Assembly (NCBI GenBank): GCA_039591615.1
Contig: JBDHDH010000024.1
Location: forward strand, 6,017 to 70,016
Length of the DNA: 64,000 nt
Reading direction: 5' to 3'
Source: Gemmatimonadota bacterium
GTDB taxonomy: Bacteria > Gemmatimonadota > Gemmatimonadetes > Gemmatimonadales > GWC2-71-9
In this document: one piece after another, positions 19,062 to 27,993 of the stretch
Position numbering within the stretch: position 1 is the stretch's first letter
Layout: the number at the start of each line of letters is the position of its first letter
Notes under the pieces: model-generated
Seen by the model: only the letters and a program-made list of their open reading frames with translations
Told to the model about the DNA's origin: nothing
The model's database searches: none
Position numbers and translations under genes: made by a program

Positions 19062-20692
19062 GGCTGCTCTTTGATGAGCGTCTTCAAGAGGCGTATGGGA
19101 CGTGACGGGTCGCTCGACCTGACCTCAATGGTGTCCGTAATGGTCACGAAGCCTTCGCGACGTATCTCGATGATGTGACTCCCCACCGGGAGTTCCACCC
19201 CGACCAACGGCGCCTCGCCAAAATCGCGACCATCGATGTAGACGGTCGCGTAGCTCTGGACGTTCTGATCGGCCACCCCGATCGTGAGATAGCCGACGCT
19301 GGGTGCCGGTTCCCGAACGGGCGCCCGGCGCACCGGAGTGCGGCTGGGTTGGGGAGCGGGTCTTGCGGGTTCCGTAACCTGTTGCTCGGGCGGCGCGGGA
19401 GTTTGCTGAATCTGGGAATCCGCTGTTGACGTGTCCAGCTCAACGGATGCCGAATCCGCCGGAATGATGGGTACCGACGTCGGCTGAGAGTCGGGCGCTG
19501 CGAGCATGGCCGTCTGCGTCTCGCCCCCACCTGGCGCATCGCGACCCAGGATCGGTAGGCCATCACGACCCATTACGAGGGTCGCTCCCGCCACGCCGCC
19601 GACCGCGAGCAGCAAGGTGATGCCCCCCACGACGGCCACTCGCTTTCCACGTTTCCGCGACGGCACGGGCGAGGTAATCTCGGTCGCGGCGTCGAGCGAG
19701 GTTCGGGTCAAGCTGCCACCCGAAACGGAGTAGTCCCGCACCGGGTGCTCCGGCCAGACCGCGGTGGCAAACTCCTCCATGGTAGCGAACCGATCGTCGG
19801 CCTCCTTCTGAATCGCCCTGTGAATGGCTGTCCGGAGGAAATCCGGTGCGTCCGGGCGAAACATCTCTAGCGGCGGAGGCATCTCAAAGATGTGCTTGTA
19901 AATGACCGTATGGACGGAGTCGTCCATGAACGGCAGCCGTCCAGCGAGCATGCGGTACGCCACGACGCCCAACGAATACTGGTCGCTGCGCCCGTCTACC
20001 GTGACCCCTTTGGCTTGTTCCGGGCTCATGTAGTGGGGCGTGCCGATGACCTGACCCGTAGCCGTGAATTGATGGGCCGACTCGAGAGCTTTGGAGATGC
20101 CGAAGTCCGTGACCATCGCAAGGCCGTGATCGTCAATCATGATGTTGGCCGGTTTCACGTCCCGATGCACGACGCCGCGGGAGTGCGCATGTCCGAGAGC
20201 GCATGCCGATTCCCAGAGAATCCGCTGCGCCACATCGATGGGCAGAGGTCCACTCTGCAGCAACTGATCCAGCGTCCGCCCCGTCACGAACTTCATCACG
20301 AAGTAGTTGACTCCGTCACTGATCTCGACGGCGTAGATCGGGATGATGTGGGGATGGTCGAGCTTCGCTGCCGTGCGAGCTTCGTGTTCGAACCGGTCGT
20401 AGAACCTCTTGTCCTCCGACAGATCGGGCGGGAGCACCTTGATGGCTACCGGCCGGTCGAGAGACTGGTCGATGGCCAGGAACACCGCTCCCATGCCACC
20501 ACGACCCAACAACTTCTTGACGTCGTATCGGCCTCGGACCGCAGCGCGAAGCTTGTTCTGGAGATCCGCCGTCGTGCCGAGGCTCACGCGTGGGCTCGAT
20601 GCCGGATCCTCGGTATCCGCACCGCAGGCTGGACAGAACCGGCTCCCGTGCGGGAGGGGCGAGGAGCAGTGGATGCAGGTCACGGTCGCCAT
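19058..20692 (-). CDS. Ser/Thr kinase with zinc ribbon, TM and PEGA domain
   Basis: CxxC...CxxC N-terminus; GRGGMG, VAIK, HRDVKPAN, DFG, GTPHYMSPEQ; TM helix; C-terminal YIDGRDFG..P...LPVGSHIIEIRREGF. Confidence 0.92.
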   Translation of the reverse strand: MATVTCIHCSSPLPHGSRFCPACGADTEDPASSPRVSLGTTADLQNKLRAAVRGRYDVKKLLGRGGMGAVFLAIDQSLDRPVAIKVLPPDLSEDKRFYDRFEHEARTAAKLDHPHIIPIYAVEISDGVNYFVMKFVTGRTLDQLLQSGPLPIDVAQRILWESACALGHAHSRGVVHRDVKPANIMIDDHGLAMVTDFGISKALESAHQFTATGQVIGTPHYMSPEQAKGVTVDGRSDQYSLGVVAYRMLAGRLPFMDDSVHTVIYKHIFEMPPPLEMFRPDAPDFLRTAIHRAIQKEADDRFATMEEFATAVWPEHPVRDYSVSGGSLTRTSLDAATEITSPVPSRKRGKRVAVVGGITLLLAVGGVAGATLVMGRDGLPILGRDAPGGGETQTAMLAAPDSQPTSVPIIPADSASVELDTSTADSQIQQTPAPPEQQVTEPARPAPQPSRTPVRRAPVREPAPSVGYLTIGVADQNVQSYATVYIDGRDFGEAPLVGVELPVGSHIIEIRREGFVTITDTIEVRSSDPSRPIRLLKTLIKEQP

Positions 20693-22356
20693 GTGCGGAG
20701 CGCTTCCGGAAACACGACGCTGGGCGGTCGGAGCTGCTTGGCCGCCTGGTGTTTCGCCCGGATGCGCTCCACGTCGGCGGAGCCGGCGCTTGCGGCGGCG
20801 GCGGGAGCCGCCCCCACGGGGGGCGCGGTGAGGGCGCTGCTGAGGGTATAGCCGGTGGGCACCCCGGTGAAATCGAAGACCACCAGGAAGTAGCCGCCGG
20901 CCGGAAGCAATCGGTTCTCGATTACTTCATCCACGTCTCCGGCGGTGGTGGCGCCCAGGACGAGCACGAGGGAGTCGGGTCGGAAATCCCGAATCAAATA
21001 CATGTCGAGATCGGCATCGGGAGTGCCGTCGGTCCTGGCGGTGGCGTTGAAAACCTGTCCCGCCGCAACACTGAACCGGTACCAGTCGACATCGTGTGGG
21101 TTGTCGATGGTGAGCGGAGCATTCCCAGTGGGAAGCGGACCGGCGGCATCGCAGTAATCGTTCTCTTCCTCGCTGTCTCGACCAACCCCTCCGAGGGTAA
21201 CGTAGCCGGGAAGAACGAGGACCTCATACGATGCCGCGCCGCCCTGCGGCACAAAGGGCACGAAGACGTGATAGGTACCGACCGGCAGATCGGCGAGGGA
21301 CACGATAGTGAGTGGAAAGGGAACCTCCGCAAACGTCACCGGCTCACCGGAGCCGGATGCAGTCAACTGGAGGCCGTCGCACCGGTAGGTCTCTCTCCCG
21401 ATCGTCCACGCGGAGCTGCCGAATTCGAAGTCGAACTTTCCACCATCCCAGAAGATCGAATCCGTGACGAGCGTGACGAAGGTTTCGGCACCCACCATCT
21501 GGGAGAAGACGGCGAGCGTCCGGTCCCGCACATCGGGATTCGTAAAGGTGTACCAGTCCACCGCAACTTCGGTCTCGGTGCGCACTCGCGCTTCGAACGC
21601 GAGGGCGGGGTTTCGAAAGCCGAGGGGGATTGGCCCGAGGGCGGCCGGAATAGTGTCGTTGAACTCGTAGACGTCTCGCTGCACGATGTTCAGCGTATCG
21701 GGCACCAAAAGCCCACCGTTGAAGCCCACAAAGAACATTTGTGACTGCCGTGGCGCCGGTGGTGGCACCCAGACGAACAAACGTCCCAGGCGATTCGGCT
21801 CACTTTGGTCGTTGGGAATCCAGTCGAGAATCTCGGCCTCAGTCCCGCCGATGGTCACCGCAAACAGGGAATCAGGACTCAACCCAACACCGAAGATCTC
21901 GAGGAGATCTCCGAACCGTGCGGTGCCGGGCGCCCGGTCGGTATTCGTATTCCGAATACTGTCGACTTCCAAGAGGCCACGCACCTGGGCAGTGCGGGTG
22001 GCGGGATCCGTCTCGTCGTATCCGACGGCGGTCGCCGTGACCGTGGCAGCTCCCACTCCGACGGCGAGCAGACGGTTGTCTCCCGTGACAGTCACGACCG
22101 CCAGATCGTCCGAGCCGTAACTGATGACCGCGTTGGGAATCGTCGTTCCGGATCCATCCACGAGGCGAGCCCGCAACTCGACGGTGTCCTTCACGAAGAG
22201 ATCTGGGAGGATCTCCATCTGCACCTGGAGCTCGTCGGACCGATCGGTGGGGAGGAGGCATCCCCCGATGCCCTCAACCAGGACCGCCGGTACCCACCAC
22301 AGAATTCGGCCGAAACGCTGCAAAATCACCTCACTCCAGGCTAGCCTCGCGAACAT
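20680..22356 (-). CDS. Putative lipoprotein with Ig-like (Big_2) and PPC domains
   Basis: Signal ending GIGGC; SDDLAVVTVTG..LLAVGVGAATVTATA (Big_2); DVDWYRFSVAAGQ..DADLDMYL (PPC). Confidence 0.7.
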   Translation of the reverse strand: MFARLAWSEVILQRFGRILWWVPAVLVEGIGGCLLPTDRSDELQVQMEILPDLFVKDTVELRARLVDGSGTTIPNAVISYGSDDLAVVTVTGDNRLLAVGVGAATVTATAVGYDETDPATRTAQVRGLLEVDSIRNTNTDRAPGTARFGDLLEIFGVGLSPDSLFAVTIGGTEAEILDWIPNDQSEPNRLGRLFVWVPPPAPRQSQMFFVGFNGGLLVPDTLNIVQRDVYEFNDTIPAALGPIPLGFRNPALAFEARVRTETEVAVDWYTFTNPDVRDRTLAVFSQMVGAETFVTLVTDSIFWDGGKFDFEFGSSAWTIGRETYRCDGLQLTASGSGEPVTFAEVPFPLTIVSLADLPVGTYHVFVPFVPQGGAASYEVLVLPGYVTLGGVGRDSEEENDYCDAAGPLPTGNAPLTIDNPHDVDWYRFSVAAGQVFNATARTDGTPDADLDMYLIRDFRPDSLVLVLGATTAGDVDEVIENRLLPAGGYFLVVFDFTGVPTGYTLSSALTAPPVGAAPAAAASAGSADVERIRAKHQAAKQLRPPSVVFPEALRTWRP

Positions 22357-22505
22357 CGCTGTTTGCGTGTCTGGCTGTCAAGCCAACTGGGTCACAATTC
22401 TAAGAGTTTGTCCCATAAAAACTTAAAAGTATGGAGCCACTCGAAAACGGAGACCCGAGAACCGGAGGTAGCGCACCTCACGGACGGACGGTATCTCCAT
22501 GCCTC

Positions 22506-22706
22506 ATGTGCTCGGTTGTCTGGCGCCCACCCGCCGAGCTCGTCGCCCGGGCGAACGTTACGCGCTTCATGCGCACGCTCGGGATGGCCGATATCGATTC
22601 TCTTTATCGGCGCTCCGTGGAGCAAGCTGAGTGGTTCTGGGACACCGTCGTGCGCGACTTGGGCATCGAGTTCTCGGAGCCGTACCACGCCGTCATCGAC
22701 ACGAGT
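22506..22706 (+). pseudogene. N-terminal fragment of an AMP-forming acyl-CoA synthetase
   Basis: VWRPPAELVARANVTRFM...LYRRSVEQAEWFWDTVVRDLGIEFSEPYHAVIDTS matches the AcsA/AACS N-terminal region. Similarity stops about 60 nt before terC; no adenylation core. Confidence 0.7.
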
Positions 22707-22767
22707 GCCAGTCGCTCGAGCTCGAGCGTGAGATATCTTTCCCACCGCACCTTCCCCGAGAACTCCC

Positions 22768-23544
22768 ATGGACTGGCTTACCAACCCCGAGATCTGGATC
22801 GCCCTGGTGACCCTCACGGCCCTAGAGGTCGTGTTGGGCATCGACAACCTCGTCTTCATCTCGATCCTCGCGGGCAAGTTACCAGCAAGCGCGCAGCCGC
22901 GGGCACGCCGGATCGGGCTCGTAGCTGCGATGCTGATGCGGGTCCTGCTCCTACTCTCCCTCGCGTGGATGATCCGCCTCACGCGGCCACTCTTCGACGT
23001 GGCGGGATACGAGATCTCCGGCCGGGACCTGATTCTCATCGTCGGAGGTCTATTCCTGATTGCCAAGGGAACTCACGAGATACATGACAAGCTCGAAGGG
23101 GAACAGGGACGGTCCAGCGCCAAGGTCCGGGCGGCCTTTTGGTCGGTCATCGGCCAAATCATGCTGCTAGACGCGGTCTTTTCGCTCGACTCCGTGATCA
23201 CTGCGGTGGGGATGGTGCGGCAGATCGGCGTCATGGTGGCCGCAGTGCTGATCGCCGTAGTGATCATGATGATCTCGGTCGAGGCCATCAGCGGGTTCAT
23301 TCACCGACATCCGACGGTAAAGATGCTGGCCCTGAGCTTCCTCCTGCTGGTGGGCTTCACACTCGTCGTCGAGGGACTCCATCAGCACATCCCCAAAGGC
23401 TACATCTATTTCGCCATGGGCTTCTCGATATTCGTAGAATCGCTCAATATCCGCATGCGGGCTGCCCGCGCGAGAGAGGCTCCCATCCAGCTGCGCGAGC
23501 CGTATACGGGCGAGCACGCGAGCCCGGAGGGCGGGCCGGCATAG
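22768..23544 (+). CDS. TerC family membrane protein
   Basis: LTALEVVLGIDNLVFISI, LDAVFSLDSVITAVG, KGYIYFAMGFS. Confidence 0.93.
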   Translation: MDWLTNPEIWIALVTLTALEVVLGIDNLVFISILAGKLPASAQPRARRIGLVAAMLMRVLLLLSLAWMIRLTRPLFDVAGYEISGRDLILIVGGLFLIAKGTHEIHDKLEGEQGRSSAKVRAAFWSVIGQIMLLDAVFSLDSVITAVGMVRQIGVMVAAVLIAVVIMMISVEAISGFIHRHPTVKMLALSFLLLVGFTLVVEGLHQHIPKGYIYFAMGFSIFVESLNIRMRAARAREAPIQLREPYTGEHASPEGGPA

Positions 23545-23747
23545 CACGGCCGGCCCCGCCAGGGGGGTCCGCTGAACTCGTCCGCGGGGCCCCTGGCCAG
23601 AAGGGGCCTCCCAGAACCGGCCGGCCGATTCATCAGTTACCTTCACAGCTGCTTCATAGTCTCTAACACCACAAACACCACTTGTTTATCTTTAGACCGC
23701 TCAAGCCCTTACAGGAATGGAACCACCAACCAAAACCCGAGGATCCC

Positions 23748-25037
23748 GTGGGAAACAACACCCTGACCATTACCGATAATCGCAACGGCAAGACCTACGA
23801 TGTCCCCATCGCCGACGGCACCATCCGCGCGATGGATTTGCGACAGATCAAGGTGAGCGATGACGATTTTGGATTGATGGCATACGATCCGGGATTCGCC
23901 AACACCGCCTCATGTCGCAGCGCCATCACCTTCATCGACGGCGAAAAGGGCATCCTACGCTACCGGGGATACCCCATCGAGCAAGTAGCTGAGCAGAGCT
24001 CTTTCTTGGAGACAGCGTTCCTGCTGCTCTACGGCGACCTCCCGACCAAACAGGAGCTCGATCAGTGGACGTACGATATCATCCATCACACGTTCGTCCA
24101 CGAGAACATCAAGAAGTTCATGGACGGCCTTCGGTACGATGCCCATCCCATGGGTGCGTTCATCAGTACCGTTGCCGCACTGTCGACGTTCTACGTCGAA
24201 GCCAAACGGATCCGGGACGAGGGCTGCGTGAGGCACCAGGTTCGGCGGCTCATTGCAAAGACGCCGACGATTGCCGCTTTTGCCTATCGGCATATGGTCG
24301 GTCTGCCATACGTGTACCCGGACAACGGGCTCTCTTATGCCGGGAACTTCCTGAACATGATGTTCAAGACGACGGAGCTGAAGTACGAACCGAATCCGGT
24401 GCTCGAGAGAGCGTTGGACGTGCTCTTCATTCTCCATGGCGATCACGAACAAAACTGCTCGGCGAACGCGATGCGCAGCGTGGGATCGAGCGAATCGGAT
24501 CCCTTCAGCTCGATGGCGGCGGCAGCCGCGGCACTGTACGGGCCTCTTCACGGTGGGGCCAATGAGATGGTCCTGCGCATGTTGCGGGAGATCGGCGACA
24601 AGAAGGCCATCCCCGCGTACATCAAGCGCGTGAAGAACAAGGAAGTGCGCCTGATGGGCTTCGGGCACCGCGTCTACAAGAACTACGACCCGAGGGCCGC
24701 TATCATCAAACGGATTGCGCACGAGGTCTTCGGGGTCACGGGAAAGAACCCATTGATCGATATCGCAGTGGAGCTCGAGCGGATCGCGCTGGAGGATGAT
24801 TTCTTCGTCTCCCGAAAGCTGTACCCCAACGTCGATTTCTACTCGGGCATCATCTACGAGGCGATGCGTTTTCCCGTGGAGATGTTTCCGGTGCTCTTCG
24901 CCATCGGCCGGACCCCGGGATGGCTGGCGCAGTGGATGGAGATGCTGGCGGATAAGGACCAGCGCATCGCCCGGCCGCGGCAGATCTACGTAGGAGCCGA
25001 GGAGCGGGCGTACGTGCCAATCGACAAGCGGAAATAG
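23748..25037 (+). CDS. gltA: Citrate synthase
   Basis: DPGFANTASC, HGDHEQNCS, GPLHGGANE, GFGHRVYKNYDPRA, YPNVDFYSG; GTG 23748 is the likely start. Confidence 0.96.
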   Translation: MGNNTLTITDNRNGKTYDVPIADGTIRAMDLRQIKVSDDDFGLMAYDPGFANTASCRSAITFIDGEKGILRYRGYPIEQVAEQSSFLETAFLLLYGDLPTKQELDQWTYDIIHHTFVHENIKKFMDGLRYDAHPMGAFISTVAALSTFYVEAKRIRDEGCVRHQVRRLIAKTPTIAAFAYRHMVGLPYVYPDNGLSYAGNFLNMMFKTTELKYEPNPVLERALDVLFILHGDHEQNCSANAMRSVGSSESDPFSSMAAAAAALYGPLHGGANEMVLRMLREIGDKKAIPAYIKRVKNKEVRLMGFGHRVYKNYDPRAAIIKRIAHEVFGVTGKNPLIDIAVELERIALEDDFFVSRKLYPNVDFYSGIIYEAMRFPVEMFPVLFAIGRTPGWLAQWMEMLADKDQRIARPRQIYVGAEERAYVPIDKRK

Positions 25038-25093
25038 GAGCGCAGGGGGCGTCCCCACGTGCCCCCACCTCCCTCGACCATTGTCAGGCTCGC

Positions 25094-26932
25094 TCAGGGA
25101 ATCCGGATCCCCGGGATGCCTCTCGTGAGATTCCGCAGCTCGGCCGCGAGCTGCTCCTGGACCGCCTTCACCTCGTCGAGTCGCATGGCGACGGTATCCT
25201 GAACCCGCTCCCGCAGCGCGTCTACCTGTAACGTCGCCTCGGCGAGACGGGGTTGCAGCAGCCGGTCGACCTCCGCACGCACCTGTTCCTCGGCATGTTG
25301 GATCTCACGCCCGACCTCCTGACGGAGGCTCCGCGCCACCGCCTGCCCGAGGTTGCTGCTCACCGAGAGCGATGGATGCTCCAGCGACCCTCTGAGACGC
25401 ATCTCCACTTCGACGCGCCGCACCCCCGAGAGGGTGCGCCACACCAGGTCTTTCGCCCACGCCGCCGTGCCGATCTGGAGATTGCCGCCGGCCGCCTGGG
25501 ACCCCCGGCCCCGCTCCCAGCTCACTCCCGTGGAAACCCATCGTAGTCGCGCTTGGATCTGGCCGCCATTTCGTCCGAGCGAGAATTCGCTGGTTCCCTC
25601 TCCCAGCAGCAATCGCCCGCCGATGGCGCTCAGGTCCACGGTGGGAAGCGTGACACCACTCACGTACAGGGACACGGAGTCTTGAAGGGGACGTTGGGCA
25701 TGCCGCAGGGTCGCGGTGAGGCGTAGCTCACGTGGCCCTCTGGCAGCACCAGTGCGGCCGGCCGCGATCTCAACCGGTTGCCCGTAGAGCGACGGCGCCG
25801 ATGAGAGACCGCGAACCAGCGCCGCGTACTGACCAGCTGCCGCCCCCGTGCCACCGATCTCAAGATCCGTCGCCCCGTACTCCAGGAGGAACCGTGGATA
25901 CGTAGCTCGACCCGGGTAGTTCACGGTGGTTCCGGATGCTCGGGCTCGTTGGGGTCCCGAGTGTCGCTTTGGATCCAGGCCGGGCGGGAGATACCGCTCG
26001 GCGGTCTTCACCCAGTAGAGGACCGGTTTGAGCCACGCGATGGCCGTCTCCCCGAACAGCGCAGGCGAGATGCTCGGCGCGTCGAGGGAAGGCAGGTTGA
26101 GCAGGCCCCGTGCGTACGCGAGGTCGGCATCCCTCATGGCGCCGAATTCTCGGACATTGTCTTGGAGTCGCCAGACGCCGGTGCGCACGGTGCTGTCGAG
26201 GACGGCAACCCCTCCCTGGAGAGCGCCGAGCATCGAGAGGGTGGAGCGGCCGGAGTTGACCAATTGGGTCACGCCGGTGATCCCGAGGCGTGCAGGATCG
26301 GCGCCCTGGATTCGCTCGACCAGGGCGCGGGCCGAATCGATCTGGGGTCTCGGATCGAGGGCCCGCAGTCGCCCCTCCCAGACCACGCGCATGGAGTCCG
26401 CCTGAGCGACGGTGGCGCGGGCGTGCGCGAGCGTCCGGAGACTCTCGGGACGAATGGCATCGATGTTCACGACGCCACCGAGGCCTTCGAGGGTGAACGA
26501 CGGCACGCGAAGCTGCCCGGCCCAAGCGTTCACCTCTCGCCAGGCTCGCCCACTCTCGGGGCTGGGATTCTCGAGCGCCCCCGACGTCGTGCGCGGGGTG
26601 CCGAACCGCATGCCCCGCACTGCCAGCGTTTCCACCACTACTTTCTTTTCCAGCAGTGGTGTGACCATCACGTTGGCGACGATCTCCCGCGCCTCGAGCA
26701 AATTGGTCATCGGCGCGTCCGGATTCGCAACGGCGAGTCCCCGGAGCCGCACGCGTCCCTCTCCCAATCGGACGTCCGCTGAGGCAACGTCGACTTTCGC
26801 CCCCACGACCGACGCGCCGGTCTCCTCGACGGCACGCTCCACCAACAAATCGAGCAACAGGACCCACCCCGCAGACAGGAGCACGAGGAACAGCACCAGA
26901 ACGACGATGGCCCGCCAACGAAATAGCGTCAT
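25094..26932 (-). CDS. TIGR03545 family (AsmA-like) protein
   Basis: N-terminal anchor; GAKVDVASADV, LLEKKVVVE; 3 nt downstream of a TIGR03546-like gene. Confidence 0.75.
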   Translation of the reverse strand: MTLFRWRAIVVLVLFLVLLSAGWVLLLDLLVERAVEETGASVVGAKVDVASADVRLGEGRVRLRGLAVANPDAPMTNLLEAREIVANVMVTPLLEKKVVVETLAVRGMRFGTPRTTSGALENPSPESGRAWREVNAWAGQLRVPSFTLEGLGGVVNIDAIRPESLRTLAHARATVAQADSMRVVWEGRLRALDPRPQIDSARALVERIQGADPARLGITGVTQLVNSGRSTLSMLGALQGGVAVLDSTVRTGVWRLQDNVREFGAMRDADLAYARGLLNLPSLDAPSISPALFGETAIAWLKPVLYWVKTAERYLPPGLDPKRHSGPQRARASGTTVNYPGRATYPRFLLEYGATDLEIGGTGAAAGQYAALVRGLSSAPSLYGQPVEIAAGRTGAARGPRELRLTATLRHAQRPLQDSVSLYVSGVTLPTVDLSAIGGRLLLGEGTSEFSLGRNGGQIQARLRWVSTGVSWERGRGSQAAGGNLQIGTAAWAKDLVWRTLSGVRRVEVEMRLRGSLEHPSLSVSSNLGQAVARSLRQEVGREIQHAEEQVRAEVDRLLQPRLAEATLQVDALRERVQDTVAMRLDEVKAVQEQLAAELRNLTRGIPGIRIP

Positions 26933-26935
26933 CGG

Positions 26936-27454
26936 TTACGGCCGGAAGAGGCGATACATGTTGTACAACTTGGACGCTCGAATCGCCTTGAAGAGCTTTG
27001 CGTCTCTGTAACGGGCATAAATCGTGGCTCGGTATCTCCCAACGGCCCACCGTGTCAGAAAGAAGATCGGGAACGCCAGCGCCATCCAACCTACGAGACT
27101 CCCGAGGACGATGCTGTTATTGAGATTGGTGAGGGCGAGCACCGGGGTGTTGTAGATCGTGCCCCAGAGGCCGTTCAAAGGCGGCACGTCGAGCAGCATG
27201 GTGCGACCGATGGCGTCGAAGACCGGATCCAGGGCAAAGCCAAGGGGGATGCAACAGACCCAGCCGAGCACGGCACCAGGCACCGAGACGTTGAGCACTA
27301 GTACGAGTGACAGGACGAGCACATTGTGCAGGTTCGCGATCGGTGTGAGCCCGACCACCGCACCAAGGGCCATTCCCGCCGCCACCTGGCCCGGCGTCCC
27401 TTCCGAGTTGAGGGCACGGACGAGGCTCTGGATGAGTTTGACGAGCCAGTACAT
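26936..27454 (-). CDS. TIGR03546 family membrane protein
   Basis: LNSEGTPGQVAAGMALG, LTNLNNSIVLGS. Confidence 0.85.
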   Translation of the reverse strand: MYWLVKLIQSLVRALNSEGTPGQVAAGMALGAVVGLTPIANLHNVLVLSLVLVLNVSVPGAVLGWVCCIPLGFALDPVFDAIGRTMLLDVPPLNGLWGTIYNTPVLALTNLNNSIVLGSLVGWMALAFPIFFLTRWAVGRYRATIYARYRDAKLFKAIRASKLYNMYRLFRP

Positions 27455-27492
27455 GGGTCGAATTGTTTGTGAGAAGGGGGCGATTGTCTAGG

Positions 27493-27519
27493 GGGAGTAG
27501 CGGGAGCGGCGGGAGGAGA
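27493..27519 (+). repeat. 9-mer array, left flank of the four-helix-bundle gene
   Basis: GGGAGTAGC GGGAGCGGC GGGAGGAGA. Confidence 0.8.
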
Positions 27520-27532
27520 TCCAGACCGTCAG

Positions 27533-27886
27533 CTACCGACGGCCTCTTTTCAGAAGCGCGAAGACGCCTGCCGTGATCTTCCATCGTAGCTCGTCGACCT
27601 CCCGAAGACTTGTCTCATCGAGCGGGTACAGTGTGGGCAGCGTGCACCTCATGGAGTCTACTTCAGCGGGGCTGGCAAGCGCGTAGTCAAAGAATCTCTT
27701 CATCTCCCGCCGTCCAACACGGGCATTCCCTTCTGCGATGTTGTTCTGCACTGACCAGGCTGCCCTTCTGAGCTGGGGCGTCGCCACTTGAAACTCTGCT
27801 GAAGGGAGTTCATCCGTAACTCGGTAGATGACTCGCACGAGGTCCCCGGCCCGCATCCACACATCGAGCTTCCGGTGGGTGTCCAT
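27533..27886 (-). CDS. Four helix bundle protein (23S rRNA-IVS / Avd-like family)
   Basis: KLDVW..A..L...IY.VT..LP, QLRRAAWSVQNNIAEG, matching consensus QIRRAAxSIxxNIAEG. Confidence 0.88.
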   Translation of the reverse strand: MDTHRKLDVWMRAGDLVRVIYRVTDELPSAEFQVATPQLRRAAWSVQNNIAEGNARVGRREMKRFFDYALASPAEVDSMRCTLPTLYPLDETSLREVDELRWKITAGVFALLKRGRR

Positions 27887-27951
27887 ACTACATCATGGGA
27901 CCGGGTCCTTAAACTCGCGCATCGTTTCGACGCCGTTACGGACCAATCCAC

Positions 27952-27978
27952 GCTACTCCCGCTACTCCCGCCGATCCC
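27952..27978 (-). repeat. 9-mer array, right flank, inverted relative to the left
   Basis: GCTACTCCC GCTACTCCC GCCGATCCC. Confidence 0.8.
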
Positions 27979-27993
27979 TGCTAAATTCCCCCC

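Noticed and set aside
19340-19510. Pro/Gln/Thr-rich segment of the PEGA kinase as a repeat element
   Set aside because: An ordinary disordered periplasmic linker with no DNA periodicity seen.
22390-22440. AT-rich patch as foreign DNA (also 23640-23745)
   Set aside because: Short and located upstream of gene starts, consistent with promoters.
27533-27886. Diversity-generating retroelement (Avd homolog)
   Set aside because: No reverse transcriptase and no TR/VR pair differing at adenines in this window.
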